Shown: one piece after another, positions 25,321-38,923 of the stretch | Numbering within the stretch: the stretch's first letter is position 1 | Layout of the letters: each line of letters opens with the position of its first letter | Notes under the pieces: model-generated | The model's database searches: none | What the model was told of the DNA's origin: nothing | Seen by the model: the letters and a program-made list of their open reading frames with translations, nothing else | Assembly: GCF_018977255.1 (NCBI RefSeq) | Contig: NW_024704742.1 | Coordinates: 11,410,001-11,474,000, forward strand | Direction of reading: 5' to 3' | Length of the DNA: 64,000 bases | Origin: Callorhinchus milii | Taxonomy: Eukaryota | Translations under genes and position numbers: made by a program

Positions 25321-26019
25321 CACAGCTCACATGTCAGTGTGCTTCACACAGCACCGACCACTTCGCGAGGATGTCCCACGGTGCTTAATAGTAGCAACTG
25401 GGGGTGGGAGCCGAGCGGAGTGGAGGGGATCGAATCTGAGGGGAGGGGAAATGTGACCAAAAGCGTGGTCAAAGAGCTAGGAGGTCTTGAGACATTGGGT
25501 AAAGTGATGCTAGTTATGATAGGCAATGCATGTGTCACACCTCTTTGTTTCCTCGGTTGCTTTAACAATCCTGATAGTTAGAGGAATATAAGATGACAAA
25601 TAATTGTCACAAGGACTCCCATCTTTACTGGGACAGGCAATATCCAGATTCTGAATGGCCATATTGTGTCTATTTAAATGGCATGGCCTTAAGGCGTGTC
25701 AGCAGCAAGCCTTGACTGTAAATAAATCAGTCTGCAGCCTATGAAAGTGACTGGATATACTTAATGACACACAGGGACCAAACATGGCTTTATAGGATCG
25801 AGATGCATTTCACTGGCTGTGTCAGCAGCTTCTGTGAAGCAGAGTGAAGGTAATACAGTTGACTGTAGGGTGGGCTGTTCCTGAAGCCCAATGTCTGTGT
25901 ATACAATTCTCTCTTTAACTGTCCTCCAAGCAGGGGCCCGATTGGCCATGTTGTGATGTGATTGGGTTATTCAAGTTATTTAAAATCTTCAAACCTGTGT
26001 ATGCAGGTGTGTATGCTTA

Positions 26020-26445
26020 CATATATATATATATATATATATAGTGTGTATGGGTGTTTGTATGGTGCGTGTGTGTATGTGTTTTGTGTCTGGGTGTATT
26101 TGTGTGTGTGTGTGTGTGTGTGGGGGGGTTTATATGGTGGCTGTATGTGTGTGTTTATATGGTGTCTATGTTTGTGTATTTATATGGTGTGTGTCTTTGT
26201 GTGTGTACATGTTTTGTGTGTGTGTGTATATGTGTTTGTGTGTGCATGTTTGTATAGTGCGTGTGTGTATGTACATTTGTGTGTGTGTTTGTGTGTGCGT
26301 GTTATATGGCCTATGTGTATGTATATGTGTTTTGTGTACATTTGTGTGTGCGTATTTATATTGTGTGTATATGCGTTTGTGTGTGCGTGTTTATATTGTG
26401 TATGTGCATGTGTACATGTTTATATGGTGTGCATGTGTGTGTCCA
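26020..26445. repeat. (TA)n followed by a long degenerate (TG)-rich tract
   Basis: Directly visible alternating purine-pyrimidine sequence. Confidence 0.95.
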
Positions 26446-27217
26446 GCTGACATAAAGAATCCCAACTCGGTGGTATGTTATAGACGATATTATGTAAAGT
26501 ATATGTACCCTAACAGAGATTGGAAGTTTGGACTGAGATGATTCCTGGTACCAACAGCTTTCACTTTTTACGAACCTGAGAAATCAGATTTTCTGAGCTC
26601 CACAAAACAGGTCCCAGAAATCTGAGGGTGGGCAGTTTAGGTATTTTTGCTTGTCTTTAACGTTATGGCTGTGACCATTTTTTCCTATTCATGACATTAT
26701 TTTGATCTGGGAAGGGTCATCTAGTTTCTCTCTTAACTTGGGGGAAGAAGGAAAGAGAGAGAGAGATGCTGAACTTTTAATAACAGCTTTCCAGCTCACC
26801 CTTAGCTCTCCCACGTCAATTGTTATAAATGTTAAACTCTGAGTGAACTGGTTTATCCGGTGGCAGATTCATCATTGTGTACTGTACTGGAGCAATGAGA
26901 CAAACTGAATGTGACATGTAGATCATAAGAAACTTGAGATTTGGGTGTTTGTTTTTCCTGTAGAGATTTGTATTATAATAGAAAGGGGAATCTCAGCATG
27001 GGGCTACTGACTGTTCCATTACATGGTGCTGGGGCTTTCACTCACCAAACATGCCAGTGCTGTATGTCATCAATGGAACTGCTTCAAAATGTTTGCAAAG
27101 GAGTTCCTGACATTGTCCATGTTCTTCTCCCCCCCAACCACCCCCGCCACTGCAGGCAGTTTACTTCCCACCCAGCATCTACTCATGATCAATGTATCAC
27201 TTATAACTTGTCCTGGA

Positions 27218-27573
27218 GGGGTTGGAGCGCTCGCCTCACAAGCGAGAGAACCTGGGTTTGATTCCTGGCACGGCGAAACGTTGGGCAAATTTCCTTACTC
27301 CACATGCCTCTAGTCTCTAGTTACCTAGCAGTGAGTAGGAACCCAGTGGTTGTTAGTCGATCGCTTTTCCGGGGGTAATAATCCCTCCAAAAAATGATAA
27401 TATTAATCCTAATTTAGTCACTCAATCCACAACTGTTGGACACCGCTGTGCACAATTGGCTGTTGCATTTCACCCACAAAATATACAGTCAATTCACTTT
27501 ACAGTATATTCTGTGAAGCGTCTTGACTCCGTGATAAAGCGCTGTATCAAATACAAGGATTATTATTATTATT
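27218..27573 (+). mobile_element. Family A SINE, long form
   Basis: Head ctcgcctcacaagcgagagaacctgggtttgattcc; extra segment ctagttacctagcagtgagtaggaacccag; tail. Confidence 0.88.
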
Positions 27574-30359
27574 TAAATCCCTTCGCTCACTAGCACCCCC
27601 TATCTCTTTGATCCTCTCCTACCCCAATTCTTTGCTTGTCTAACTTGGGTTTGCTGTGTGTTCCTTGTCCCCTTCTGTACCCCACCTTCGGTTGTGGAAT
27701 GAGATATGGTTAAATTTGGCTTCTCAGGGATCGGTAGGGAAAACCCTGTTCACCCCCCAAAAAAGTTTACTGTTTTAAGCAAAATACCCACAAACACATT
27801 GCAGTGGAGAAGACATAGTCTAGCTTGAGGCACGTTTAGTTCAGTTGTCTTTACATCATGAATATGTTTGACCCACTTAAAACAAGGAACTGTGGGAGTC
27901 CATATCATAATCATAATTCTCATTTATCTGTTGCTCTGGTGGACTGCTGAAAAATGAATTCAGTTTTTCTTAACTTAAAGAAAGCGTACAACCTTGAGTG
28001 ATAGGCATCTGTCTTCACCTGTTAACTATCTTATCAACAAATACTTGCCACTAATAAGTTGACATGGTTGGAGTGAAAACATAAGGATTGATTTTATAAT
28101 TTAAAAAACACAAATCCTATCCTTCTTTACAATTTTCTCCTGCTTCCTATCCTGATGGCTCCCTCCCTGATCCTCCCTCCACTCTCTTCCCTCCTCTTCC
28201 CCCCCAACCCCCGCTTCTCTTTTTCCTTCAGATTTGCAATGTTATCTGTACAACTCATTTAAAGTGGAATGTCGTTTCTCCAGGCCACTAAAAACAAGGA
28301 GCTGAAAGGTCAGGCAGAAAACCAAAGTAAATGAGAGATCTGGTTGTGCGCTTGGAACTCTCTCCGCTTCCCGCCCCCCTCCCCCCCCACCTCCACTGTG
28401 TAGGAAATGAAAACAATAACTGTGTGCATGGCAGAACAGAAGCTGTAACCTGACTCTCTGGCTCCAAACTCTCTTCCCTTTGGGCATTGTTATGGTTTAT
28501 TCAATTTAATGCAGCAGAAACCAAGAGACCAACCCGAGGAGCTGTTTGTCAGGCTGGTCAGAACTCATTCACCATAGGCACAGTTTTCTGTGCGTTAGTT
28601 ATTCCCTCTCTCGCTTTTCCCCTTTCCTCTCTGAAATAGGAGGTCCCCATCTTCAGGTCGTGCCTCAAGACCTTCCCATTCAACCGTGCCTACGATTAAT
28701 TCCCGCTGCTCGGAGTCGTGCAACCATGCTCTGTCATGCGCTCTGGGACGCTACCCTGCATGAGGGGCACTATATAAATGCAAGTTGCTGTTGTTGTTGC
28801 TGGGATGCATGGAACTCTGTTTTGGATACACTTTAAGCATGACTGACCAAAAAAAAAGGAAATGTGAGGCTTTCTTTGCTGAAGTCAGAGCAGCAGGTCC
28901 AACCTTGTGAGACCTTTTTATGGATGTTCATGCTTCCTATTTATGAAGGTTGGATGTTTGCCCTCCTCCTCTACATTACATTCTTAACACTGATGGCAAT
29001 GCTAACTTGAGCGACACAACTGTACTGCACAGAAGGGCGATTGCATCTGGGGAACAGAGATCCACTCCAAGAGGTGCCAGTGTAGTAGTATTTTGTTGGA
29101 AGGGTTATCTTTTATTACAGTGGTGAATTAATATTCTCTCTCTCCTCTCCTTCCGTCCTGTCCTGAGAGTGTTGCTTTGGTGGGGCACCACCTCATCCAT
29201 GTCCCAGATGAGATGAGCTGACACATTAACAACCAGTAGTCGAACCTGGGACCTTTCTACTGTGTGTGATTAAGAGAAAGGCAACAGTATTACTTCTCCT
29301 AAAGAAGTCCTTTCAGCATAACGGAAAGGGGCTGAAAGTGTTCACCATTCCATAATGAAAAATTAGGAATGGAAATGAACTTGTATTTTAAAAGTGCCTT
29401 ATCACGTCAACATTTCAAAGTGCTTTTGTAGGCAAAAGTATCAACTAAGAGTATCCAAAACAAACTAAGAATTCCATGAGCCCCAAGATATAGGTGGGAT
29501 GCATGGGAAATCTCTGTTTGGTTTGCTTCCCCTTAAGCACGGCGATGGGTGATATGTGTGTCAGACACCTGGCTGATCCAAACTAAAATGTGTGTGCTTT
29601 TATTGTAATGTAAAAGCAAAGAAGCTGTCCCTCGTTTTTAACAGGAATCTGAGACGTGCACTACCTCTGGCAGGAACCTCAAAATGCTTTGTGTGGTTCC
29701 TTGCCATGGTGGGATCATGGTGTGAAGAAAAGGCAAGCTGCACAGATTTGTCAGCTTTAATTATGTGCGTAGTTATATGCGGATTGGCTAAAAGAGAAGT
29801 GTATAATGTACTAAATATCTCACTTCATTAAGAGATGTTTTCTCTTCCCTAAAGCTGTCATTAGGTTCTTCAAGACATGCTCGTTGACAGAAGCCAAAAT
29901 CTAAACTCTGCATAATCCCATAGTGTTCAACCAGCAATTACCATATACTTTCAAGTTCATTACTGCTTCATCAAGCAACCTCCTACATACAGTCATTATG
30001 GGGCAGTGTTTAAAAGTCACAGGATATGGTGGTTCTGAACTCCTTCAAATACTGAAGTGTTTACTCTTTTGTACTTGCTATCAAATTCTTGGTGGTTTCC
30101 TTTGGTTACTGTTGTCTTGTTGAGAGGAGAAGGGGAGAGATGTAATTTGTCTGAGACAGCAGCTTCCCCAAGGCTCTTCTTGCAACACTGTAAGTTCTAC
30201 CAGTTCCTCTTAATATTGATCGTCAGAATACTTAACACTTCAGAAATGAAACCTGATCGATTTTTTTTTACAAAAGGGCTTCTTTGGCTTACAGGCAGAC
30301 AATAATAATTAATTCTCCATCTGTCTTTCAATGAAAAGACTCCCATTCAAAGGTATCAC

Positions 30360-31033
30360 ATCCAGGTTCGATTACGCTAACTCCCTGCGTGTCCGTCTTC
30401 CAACTCTTCGCTCCACAAGCTGACGATTATTCAGAACTTTGCAGCTCATGTGCTCTCCCATAACAAGCTCTGTGAATCCATCACCCCCATCCACACCTGG
30501 TTCCACTGGCTCTCCATCCCCCAGAGGATCGAGTTCAAAATCGTCGTCCTCACTTCCATTCACCCACAAATTACAGTCAATTCACTTTAGAGTATATTCT
30601 GTGAAGCACTTTGAGACATTTAGAAGACATGAAAAGCGCTATATCAAATGCAAGGATTATTATTATGGTCTTGCTCCTCTGTACCTCTGTGAACTGCTAA
30701 CCGCATATTGGCCTGTCCACTCCCTCTGCTCTTGGTCACCTGCCCTGCCTGCCCTACCTTCGGCAGTCAGGCCTTCAGCCTCTCTTCCCCACCCTTTGGA
30801 ACTCCATCCCACAGTCCCTTCACCTTGCCCTCTCCCTTGCCTCCTTCAAGGTTCGTCTCAAGACTCTCCTCTTCCACCGCACCTTCAGGCACCCTCCTAT
30901 CCCTATCCTCCCTGATCTCCATCCTTCCTGATCCCAACACCTAACTCGGGTAAAAATCCTTGACTGTCCAGTGCCTTGAAACATCCTCCCGACATGAAAG
31001 GCACTATACAAATGTAATGTGTTGTTGTTGTTG
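30360..31033 (+). mobile_element. L2 3' fragment containing a nested SINE tail (about 30558-30667)
   Basis: L2 peptide HWLSIPQRIEFKIVVLT is interrupted by a SINE tail and resumes with GLAPLYL. Confidence 0.85.
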
Positions 31034-31644
31034 CGTTCTCCTGTTTGATTGGGGTCATCTGTTTTTCCTCCCATCAATTTTACTCCAATCTTCTACCCTC
31101 ATCTGTTCTTAAATGCCTATGACTATTTTTTCCTTCTCTTGGAGTCAAGGGTTGTTCAACATTATTCAGGGAGATAGAGAGGGAGATGCAGGGTTACTTC
31201 TTCTTCTGCTGGAAGGCATTTGTGGACGTATGGTGAAGACAGGCTTGATTGTGATACCCTCAGTGATGTAATAATATATGTGAAGAATAGCCACTGGTCA
31301 GGATAGGAACGCAGAATGCAATTGAAAGACAATAAACACTAATGCCAACTAATAGGATGGGTAGATCTATTTATCGTATCTGACGTGTGTGCTTTTATCT
31401 TCAAATTTGTAACAAAAAATTTAAAGTAAAACCCGAAGCAGCTGGGAATTCTTTCTGAGCAGTTTGGATTGCCTCAGGGGATTAGAGCATTTTCTGCATT
31501 GAAGTAAATGAATCCCCCTCGATCTTTGGTGGTTTAATCAGGTAGCCATTAGCAGGTAAATGACAGAAGGGAAGGTTGAGTTCATGTTACAGGATGTTTT
31601 TAAAGATTATTGGCGCAAGAGAGCAAGACTTGAAAAATCAGTGT

Positions 31645-31855
31645 AGAAGTGGAATGCACTACCTGAAAGGGTGGTGGAAACAGATTCAATAACAACTTTC
31701 AAAAGGGAATTAGATAGGTACTTGAAACAGAAAAAAATCGCAGGTGTATCGGGAGAGTGTGGGGGAGTGGGACTGATTGGGTAGCTCTTCCAAAGAGTGG
31801 CCACAGACACGATGGGCTGAATGGCCTTCTTCTGTGCTGCAGTATTCGATGATTT
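31645..31855 (+). mobile_element. CR1 3' end fragment
   Basis: ggaatgcactacctgaaagggtggtggaa..gatgggctgaatggccttcttctgtgctg matches the reverse complement of 21590-21790. Confidence 0.8.
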
Positions 31856-32471
31856 AATGTCCATTTTTACTTCTATCCTTAGGTTTGCTCAGTTGAGTTC
31901 ACAGATTCAGTGTGTCATGTGGAGTATATCTGCTCATTTCACTTGAATGCGCAGCAAGTCCTTTGTGAAAGCAGGACTTGATTATATATTCATTGCTTAG
32001 GCATTCTGCTGCTTTGTTTGTTTGTTTGTTTGTGTGATTGTGTGATTGTTGGATGTTTGTGTGTGTGTGTATGTTTGTGGGGGAGGTGTGGGTGTGCAGT
32101 GTGGTATAGATGATTGTAAGTGTGTGTATGTTTGTTTGTGGGTGCGGTATGTGTGTGCGTTTGTTTAGAGGAGAAGGGAAATGGCTTCAGATACATATTA
32201 TTGCCCAAGTAGGTGAGGAAGGGGTCAGACAGATTTGGTTCCTGAATGAGCCAGAAAATAAACTCTGCCCCAAATCTCTGTTGCCAATGGAAGCAAGTTT
32301 ATACAAGACTTGTTCAATTTAGCCCAAACAAGACATTTTGCAAAATGTTCTCGGGATTTCAGGTAAGCTCCTTTTGCTTTATTCTGTTTTTTTTCTTTTA
32401 GTCTCCCTGGTTACCTGATGTGATGTTTGGGGCTGAGAGGTCAGATGCAGTTTTCCTCCAGGCCAGTGAAG

Positions 32472-32859
32472 ATAATAATAGTAATAATAATAATAATAGA
32501 CCTAGCATTTGTATAGTGCCTTATCAAATTGTTGAGGCATCTTGAAGTGCTTCACAAAATATACTGTAAAGTGAATTAACTGTAATATTTTGTGGTTGAA
32601 ACACGGCAGCCAATTGCTCACAGCAGTGTCCCACAAACAGTTGTGGATTAAGTGACCACGTTATTATTACTATAATTATTTTTCAACAAGATTATAACCC
32701 CCAGGGAGGGATGGCCAATCAAGCAACAACTGGATTCCTACTTACTGCTTGGTAACAGAGGATAAGGAAACTTGCCCAACATTTCATCCTGCTTGGGAAT
32801 CGAACCCGGGTCCTCTTGCTTGCGAGCCGAGTGCTCTAACCACTGAGCTACAGGACTCC
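32472..32859 (-). mobile_element. Family A SINE, long form
   Basis: Full head, long middle segment, core and tail. Confidence 0.88.
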
Positions 32860-35619
32860 AGATCCTCACTGTCTAGCTGGGTGGCGGCTCCCAAGACTTG
32901 ACAAACATTAATGCATTGACCTAAAGTGACTCAGGCACATCCGCCCTTTACAATTTCATCTTTTCCTTTTGCCTCTCTCCTCCCTCGCTGAGAAATATCA
33001 CAAGCTGTGCTTGGCATTGCACCCATTTCATGCAGGCAGGTCTCAAACCTGCATCAGCCTCCGTGCTGAGTAATGACTCGCTAATGCACTGTTGCGCTGT
33101 CCTGAAATGTTGTTTTAAGATTATAATAATTATTATGAAAAGATTATTAAGAGTGGCAGATATGATTACTAATTGTGGTGGTGTGACTTCTTGGACTGAG
33201 AGCAGGCTTTGTATTGCAATGTATGTCCAGCACTAAGGGAATTATACGAGCTCAAGGCATTTTGGCAAAATCTACTTTAATGTACATCCATAATTGTAAC
33301 AAAAATGCCCAAGGAATAGGCACAGAAAATAACACCAATGGAACAAAACCATTCTGAATATTAATAACAACTGCTAGATGTTATAATATTTAATACTTGC
33401 AGAAATCTAAGCCATCTGGAAGGATTGATGACAGATTAAGTCAGTACAGCAACCATAGCAGAATAGCATGCTGCAATTGAGATGGTCATTTTTGTGCAGC
33501 ATTCTCTATTCTAGTAACTGTACAAAATCATCCTTTTTTAAAAACTGGCATTTGATGTACCGAAGAGGAGGGAAAAATAGACACTGAGACATTATGTCTC
33601 TATAACAGAATACTCCAGATATAAGATTAAAACGTCAAAGGAAATTGATTTTCTTTCTCCCAACGTATGAAAAAATGAATACATTGACCCAAATGACTTT
33701 ATACCTTATTAGTGCAGAATTGGTAAATAATGACATACTCTGGAATGTCTCAAAAGGTCTCTCCCTAAATAACCACAAGACTTTTCATTGTGTATTTGTA
33801 TCAGTGTATTTGTATTGGAATACAATAAAACGTCCATAAATATATTTATTTTACAGCAATATCCTCACAATGTATTTATTTGATAAATCTTTCCATGTTG
33901 AATTTGTAGCTTGTAGCATACAATTGAACAAAAGCTGAGTTTGAGGAACACATTCCATGATTGTATCCAAACCAACACCACACTTATAGCAAATGAAAGC
34001 TTTTGACATCTTCACCTATATTTGAGATGATGTCCTGGCTCAGTTGGTGGTACTTTTACTGTTGAGTCAGAAGATGATGGGTTCAAGTTCCACGTTGGTA
34101 CTTTGAACTTGCAGTTGAAGCTGGCTCTCCAATGCACTGCCTGCATTGTTGAAGGTGCCATCCTTAGGAAGAGTCATGAAAGCAAGGTTCCGTCTGCCTG
34201 TTCAGGTGGACATTAAAGAAGAAAGAATAGAGAAGGAAGTTTCTCCCTGTATCTTGGCCAAAACTCCTCCACATAAAATCATGTTTGCTGCTAGGGCATA
34301 AAATCTGTTTCCTATCAAAAGTGGTGGTCAGAATTAACTGGTGTGCAATGATATCTATGCCTGAGGAGTAAGTGTGCTGGTGAGTGGGCAGTGGAGCCTT
34401 GTTGATGATTGTTGGGAACTGAGACTTTAGATTATTCGGATAATTTGATTTGTGTAAAAACTTCCTTAGAAGTTATTTTTGGTGATTGATGATTTTTAGT
34501 CACCATCCCTCGACCCTCTGGATCTCCCTGATTCAATCCCTCCACCTTGCCCTGGTTTGCCTATCTTCAGATCACATCTGAAGACTTTTCCTCTTCTACC
34601 ATACCTACCATCACCTCCCCTTTCTCCGAGGCTCAACGGTGTCAAACTACACATTGTCAAGCGTTCAATGAAGAGTGCTAGATAAATGCAAGTTGTTGCT
34701 GTTGTATTAATTCATATATATTTCTATAAATAGTTGTGCTTCATAGTAGAATGTTCACTGCTGGTAGAGGAAGTGTGAAAGAGGTCAGGATATTGATGTT
34801 GAGAAACATATTGTGCTACAATAGGTTGGTACATTATAAGCATGAGATCAAATTGTCTAATGGACCTTGAGTCAAACCAATCTGGTGATCATAACTATTC
34901 TACTTGTACACATTTGATCACAGAGAGAAAATCAGACAAGGGAGAGTGAGTCCTAGATGATGCAGATAAACATAATTGAGTGAAACAGGTCTGTGCTGCA
35001 GAAACTCAATTGGAAGATATAGAACACACCGGAGTTGTTTCAATGTCTTAATTACTTGAGTTAATTTATTATCAGTGTCTGTGGAAACAATGTATTTGAA
35101 AGAGATTAGCATTGAGAGTTTATGGAAGGAGTGTCACAGTGAGGACAGACGAATATAATGTAACTTGTGAAGGTGAAACCCGTGTTGCTGAATTGAAGCT
35201 GCCTGCCTGTATTCTACAACAACAACAACTTGGATTTACTGCGTTTCAGATCGCTTCACAATAACGGATCCCTATTCTAGACTTGGTAACTTGAAGGGAG
35301 GATGACCAGAGGTGAAGAGAATATGTTTTACCGACACTACTGTTATCTCTGCTGTTTCAGTCCAGTGATAAAGGAGTGCTACTACATTGTCGGAGATGTC
35401 ATCCTTCAGATGAGATGTTAAGCTGAAGTTCTGCCCGGCTGTTCTGGAATGGTGTTTCATGCTGATGTGAAAGATCCCAGACACTGTTTCAAAGAGAGGG
35501 TTGTTCGCTGCCCTTTCCAATAATAATAATAATAATGTCCTGTCCCTCCTACTTAAGTTTAGTCTTTGAATCTACTAGATGTAGGCCACGATTAGCTGCC
35601 ATATTTGGTTTCTTTTGGT

Positions 35620-36200
35620 TTGTTAGGTGTCTGAAGCAAAACGTTTCCATTTTGGAATCCCATCACCATGCTTTATGAGTATCCTAACCAGACAGACAGA
35701 GTCCCATGCATGTCAACTGTACATGGAAATGTCCTTGTGTCTGGATTGGAAAGCACACTCCCTCCCTTGAGGGACTGATCCTGATTAATTAATTCTGGAG
35801 AGCATTAGGTGCAGGTTGTTGAGATCCAAAGCTCGAGGACCCCAGAGTGTGTTGGGTTACTGCAAGAGTTTAACCAGCTAAAACTACATATTTGGCTATT
35901 GAAAGCACTGTCCAGCAAGCTTCTCGCTCCTTATCCACCTATCCGTTAAGGCTTTGGCTTTCAGATTTAACAGAAGCTTTGGTGGGATAAAGCCTGCTCT
36001 TAGTGATTGGTCTGTCCTTCCAAGTTCTGCTGATGAGCCAGGCTAGCCGGGCTATCATTAGCAATGCCTCCCAGAGTACCACCTGGTTCAGGAACTAGAC
36101 TGTAGAAGGCCCCAGAGGATTGACTTGATTCTGACATTCTGTTGCTCAGCATGTCACCTTGAGTGATCTTAGCTCCAAGGAGACTCTCTCTGGTTATCTT
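35620..36200 (-). mobile_element. Family C repeat copy
   Basis: Shares gaggaccccagagtgtg, cctggttcaggaactagact and cagaggattgacttgatt with 10166-10730. Confidence 0.72.
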
Positions 36201-36731
36201 TTCCCTCTATCCCCCCCCATGCCTCAGGATAGGATTTAATTTTTAGCGACAATCATGTTGTATCATTTCATATCAAGTACAAGTATTTGTTATCCACATT
36301 GTCCCTTTCCTCTGTTTCACATAACTACCCTGAAAACTGCACAGTGCATCACCGCTGATGCATCTTCTAATATTTTGTCCACAGAGTAAACCTGTAAGAT
36401 GGTAAAGATTTGTTTTTAAGATGGTGTTGAAGGTGACGCACATAGCTGGTTCTTCAAGACTTGCATTTGTTTTATCTAGTGATTCTGTTCCCCTTTTTTG
36501 CTTTTCCTCCCTTCTCTCTACGTAAAGTGCTCTGGGACACTACCTTGCGTGAGGGACGCTATATAAATGCATATTGCTATTGTTATCTCTCCTCCTTTTA
36601 CCTTTCATACAATAGAGAATTGTGGCAGTGATCTTTCTTTATTCTGCAAAACACCATTACTAAAATAGGGGTGGGGAGTGGTGTAGGGGAAATGACAGCT
36701 GAACTATGGGATCAAATGGGCACATCCATAA

Positions 36732-36920
36732 TTGCATTCAATATCCCTGTTCTGTCTACTTTTCAACACAAAACCAGGGGTGTGTCCTGGACCTTGTACA
36801 CAGATATTGACCCTGATAGATAGCTTCACTGCATACTGTGCCACTGACCTCTGTACCTGTTCCTGATTTGCGTTCTGTTTCAGCTTCTATGCTGATATGT
36901 GTGATCAGCCAGGTCCCAAG
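36732..36920. repeat. Copy 1 of a ~190-bp direct repeat
   Basis: Aligns by eye to 38710-38923. Confidence 0.9.
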
Positions 36921-37321
36921 GGGCCTCGGTCTATTGTTGTACCATTTCTCAAGATAAAACACAGAGCTATACTGCAAAATAAGCTGCAGCTTGTCAGGAG
37001 ACACTAATGAATGAAGTCATCTTTAACCAATTGATGTATTCACGTATTTTCTTCATGGTCCCTCCCGTCCCCCCACAGACTCATTTTTTTAATTCGATCT
37101 AAATATAATAATGCTCTCACTTGTGTTGGATAGTGGTTGCTTGATTTATAGCAAGACAATCCATCGTCCCAAGCTCTAAAACGTCATTCACTACATGAAG
37201 GAAAATGTTAGTATTTTGAAACCATTTAGTGAAAATCCAATGTATATTTATCATTCACAAGAATAAGACCTTGGTTTAATGTCGCATCTGAAAGGCAGCA
37301 CCTCTTTCAATGGAGGACTCT

Positions 37322-37642
37322 TTGTGGAGTCCTGTAGCTCTGTGTTTAGAGCACTCGCTTTGCAAGCGAGAGACCTGAGTTCAATTCCAGGCAGAGGGCG
37401 AAACCTTGGGCAAGTTTCCTTACTCCACACGCCTAATAATAATCCCTCCAAAACCAAAAACAATAATAAATTGGTCATTTTCAATCTACGACTGTTTGTG
37501 GGACATTGCTGTGCGCAATTGGCTGCCGCGTTCGCCCACAAATATACAGTCAATTCACTTTACAGTGTATTTTGTGAAGCGCTTTGGGACGTCCTCCCGA
37601 TGTGAAAAGCGCTATATCAAATGCAAGGATTATTATTATTAT
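37322..37642 (+). mobile_element. Young family A SINE, short form, inserted in an old Deu SINE
   Basis: Intact A box tagctctgtgtttagagc, anticodon arm CTCGC-TTTGCAA-GCGAG (TGC, Ala) and B box gagttcaattcc. Confidence 0.93.
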
Positions 37643-38520
37643 TGTTATTAATGTAGCACTCCCCTAACACTGCATTGGAATATCAGCTGAGTCTACCAGT
37701 TCAAAGGTCTGATGTGGGGCTAAAACCCACAACTTTCCGAATCAGAGACAGGATGCGATCAACTGAGCCAGGCTGATACCTAAATGTAGCAGAGATGCAC
37801 AAGTGCTTAACTGTGGGCTGTTTACTCTGGAAGCGTATTGTTCAGCATCATACAGAGAAATGCAAAATTATTGATCGGGTAAAAGCAAGGGCTTTGTTGA
37901 ATATGTGCTGAATGGAAGTACACTTGATTGATCAAAATTGGAGAGACTTTGGGATACTGGTAGAACATACCTCATTGACTACACTTTGCCCTCCTCACTC
38001 CTTTTGGTTTGTTTATAAGCCTCGTCAGCTGATGGAAGTAATGAACAAGATATGATTTCAAAGTTGTGTCTGGTTTTCTGTGACTGCATTACTGCATGTA
38101 GTTTGATCTCCACAATTTACTGGCTGTTCTGAATAATTTCATAGAATGGTAGAATTCTAAAACACAGTGAAGGGCCATTCAACCAATTGAGATGGTGATA
38201 GTCATTCCCACTTGTGTTCATCTATGAGGAAACATCAAATACCCTAGAATTTATTTCTTCTGAAAAGAGAACATCGGGGTAGGGAAGGATTTTCCAGAAG
38301 TATTTGAACATTTTAATGCAGAAGATCTACTGTGCTTAGCATTAAAAACAAGGTTATAGCTTCAAATTAAGGATAGTAAAAGTGAAAGGAGAATTTCTTT
38401 GTTAAAGAGTGACAGAGGTTTAACAGAAAATGTGATGTAACAAGCAGTTAGAAAGTGTTTAAAAAGAAAGTAGATAAGTTGGGAAATTAGGATTCCTGGA
38501 TAACAGATGGTAAGATAGAT

Positions 38521-38677
38521 CAGGGTGGCCTTGTGGGGCCATTTCACCGCTCCCTCGTATCATAATCCGTATGGTATGTTTCTGGAAGGAAAATACAAAA
38601 ATTTTGCATGTAAGGCCCGGGGATGTTTCTCAATTAGGGCATCCGGCCGTCAGCAGCCAAAAGGTTGGACCACCCTG
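38521..38677. mobile_element. 157-bp hAT-type MITE
   Basis: TIRs cagggtggcc and ggaccaccctg; 8-bp TSD AGATAGAT at 38513-38520 and 38678-38685. Confidence 0.88.
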
Positions 38678-38709
38678 AGATAGATGAATCCAAGGAATCT
38701 TTTAGGAAG

Positions 38710-38923
38710 TTGCATTGAATATCCCTGGAATGTCTCCAGAACAACATCTGTTCTGTTTACTTTTCAACACAAAACCACGCGTGTGTCCTTGACCTTGGAC
38801 ACAGATATTGACCCTTAGATAGCTTTAATGCATAATGTGCCTCTGACCTCTGTACCCGTTCCTGATCTACATTCTGTTTCAGCCTCCACTTTGCTGATAT
38901 GATGTGATCAACTAGATCCCCAG
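38710..38923. repeat. Copy 2 of the ~190-bp direct repeat
   Basis: Same as copy 1 plus a 23-bp extra segment near its left end. Confidence 0.9.

Noticed and set aside
28120..28310. Strong pyrimidine tract plus AG (28230-28231) as the ADGRL3 alternative N-terminal exon
   Set aside because: The required phase-1 frame hits TGA before a usable donor, and there is no similarity to the known insert.
37322..37395. tRNA-Ala(UGC) gene
   Set aside because: It is the head of a multi-copy SINE that continues into core and tail; there is no proper acceptor stem or terminator.
37406..37651. Recurrent small ORF family (MGKFPYST...[11 protein letters not shown]) as a peptide gene family
   Set aside because: These are chance translations of SINE copies starting at non-ATG codons, with frames varying between copies.
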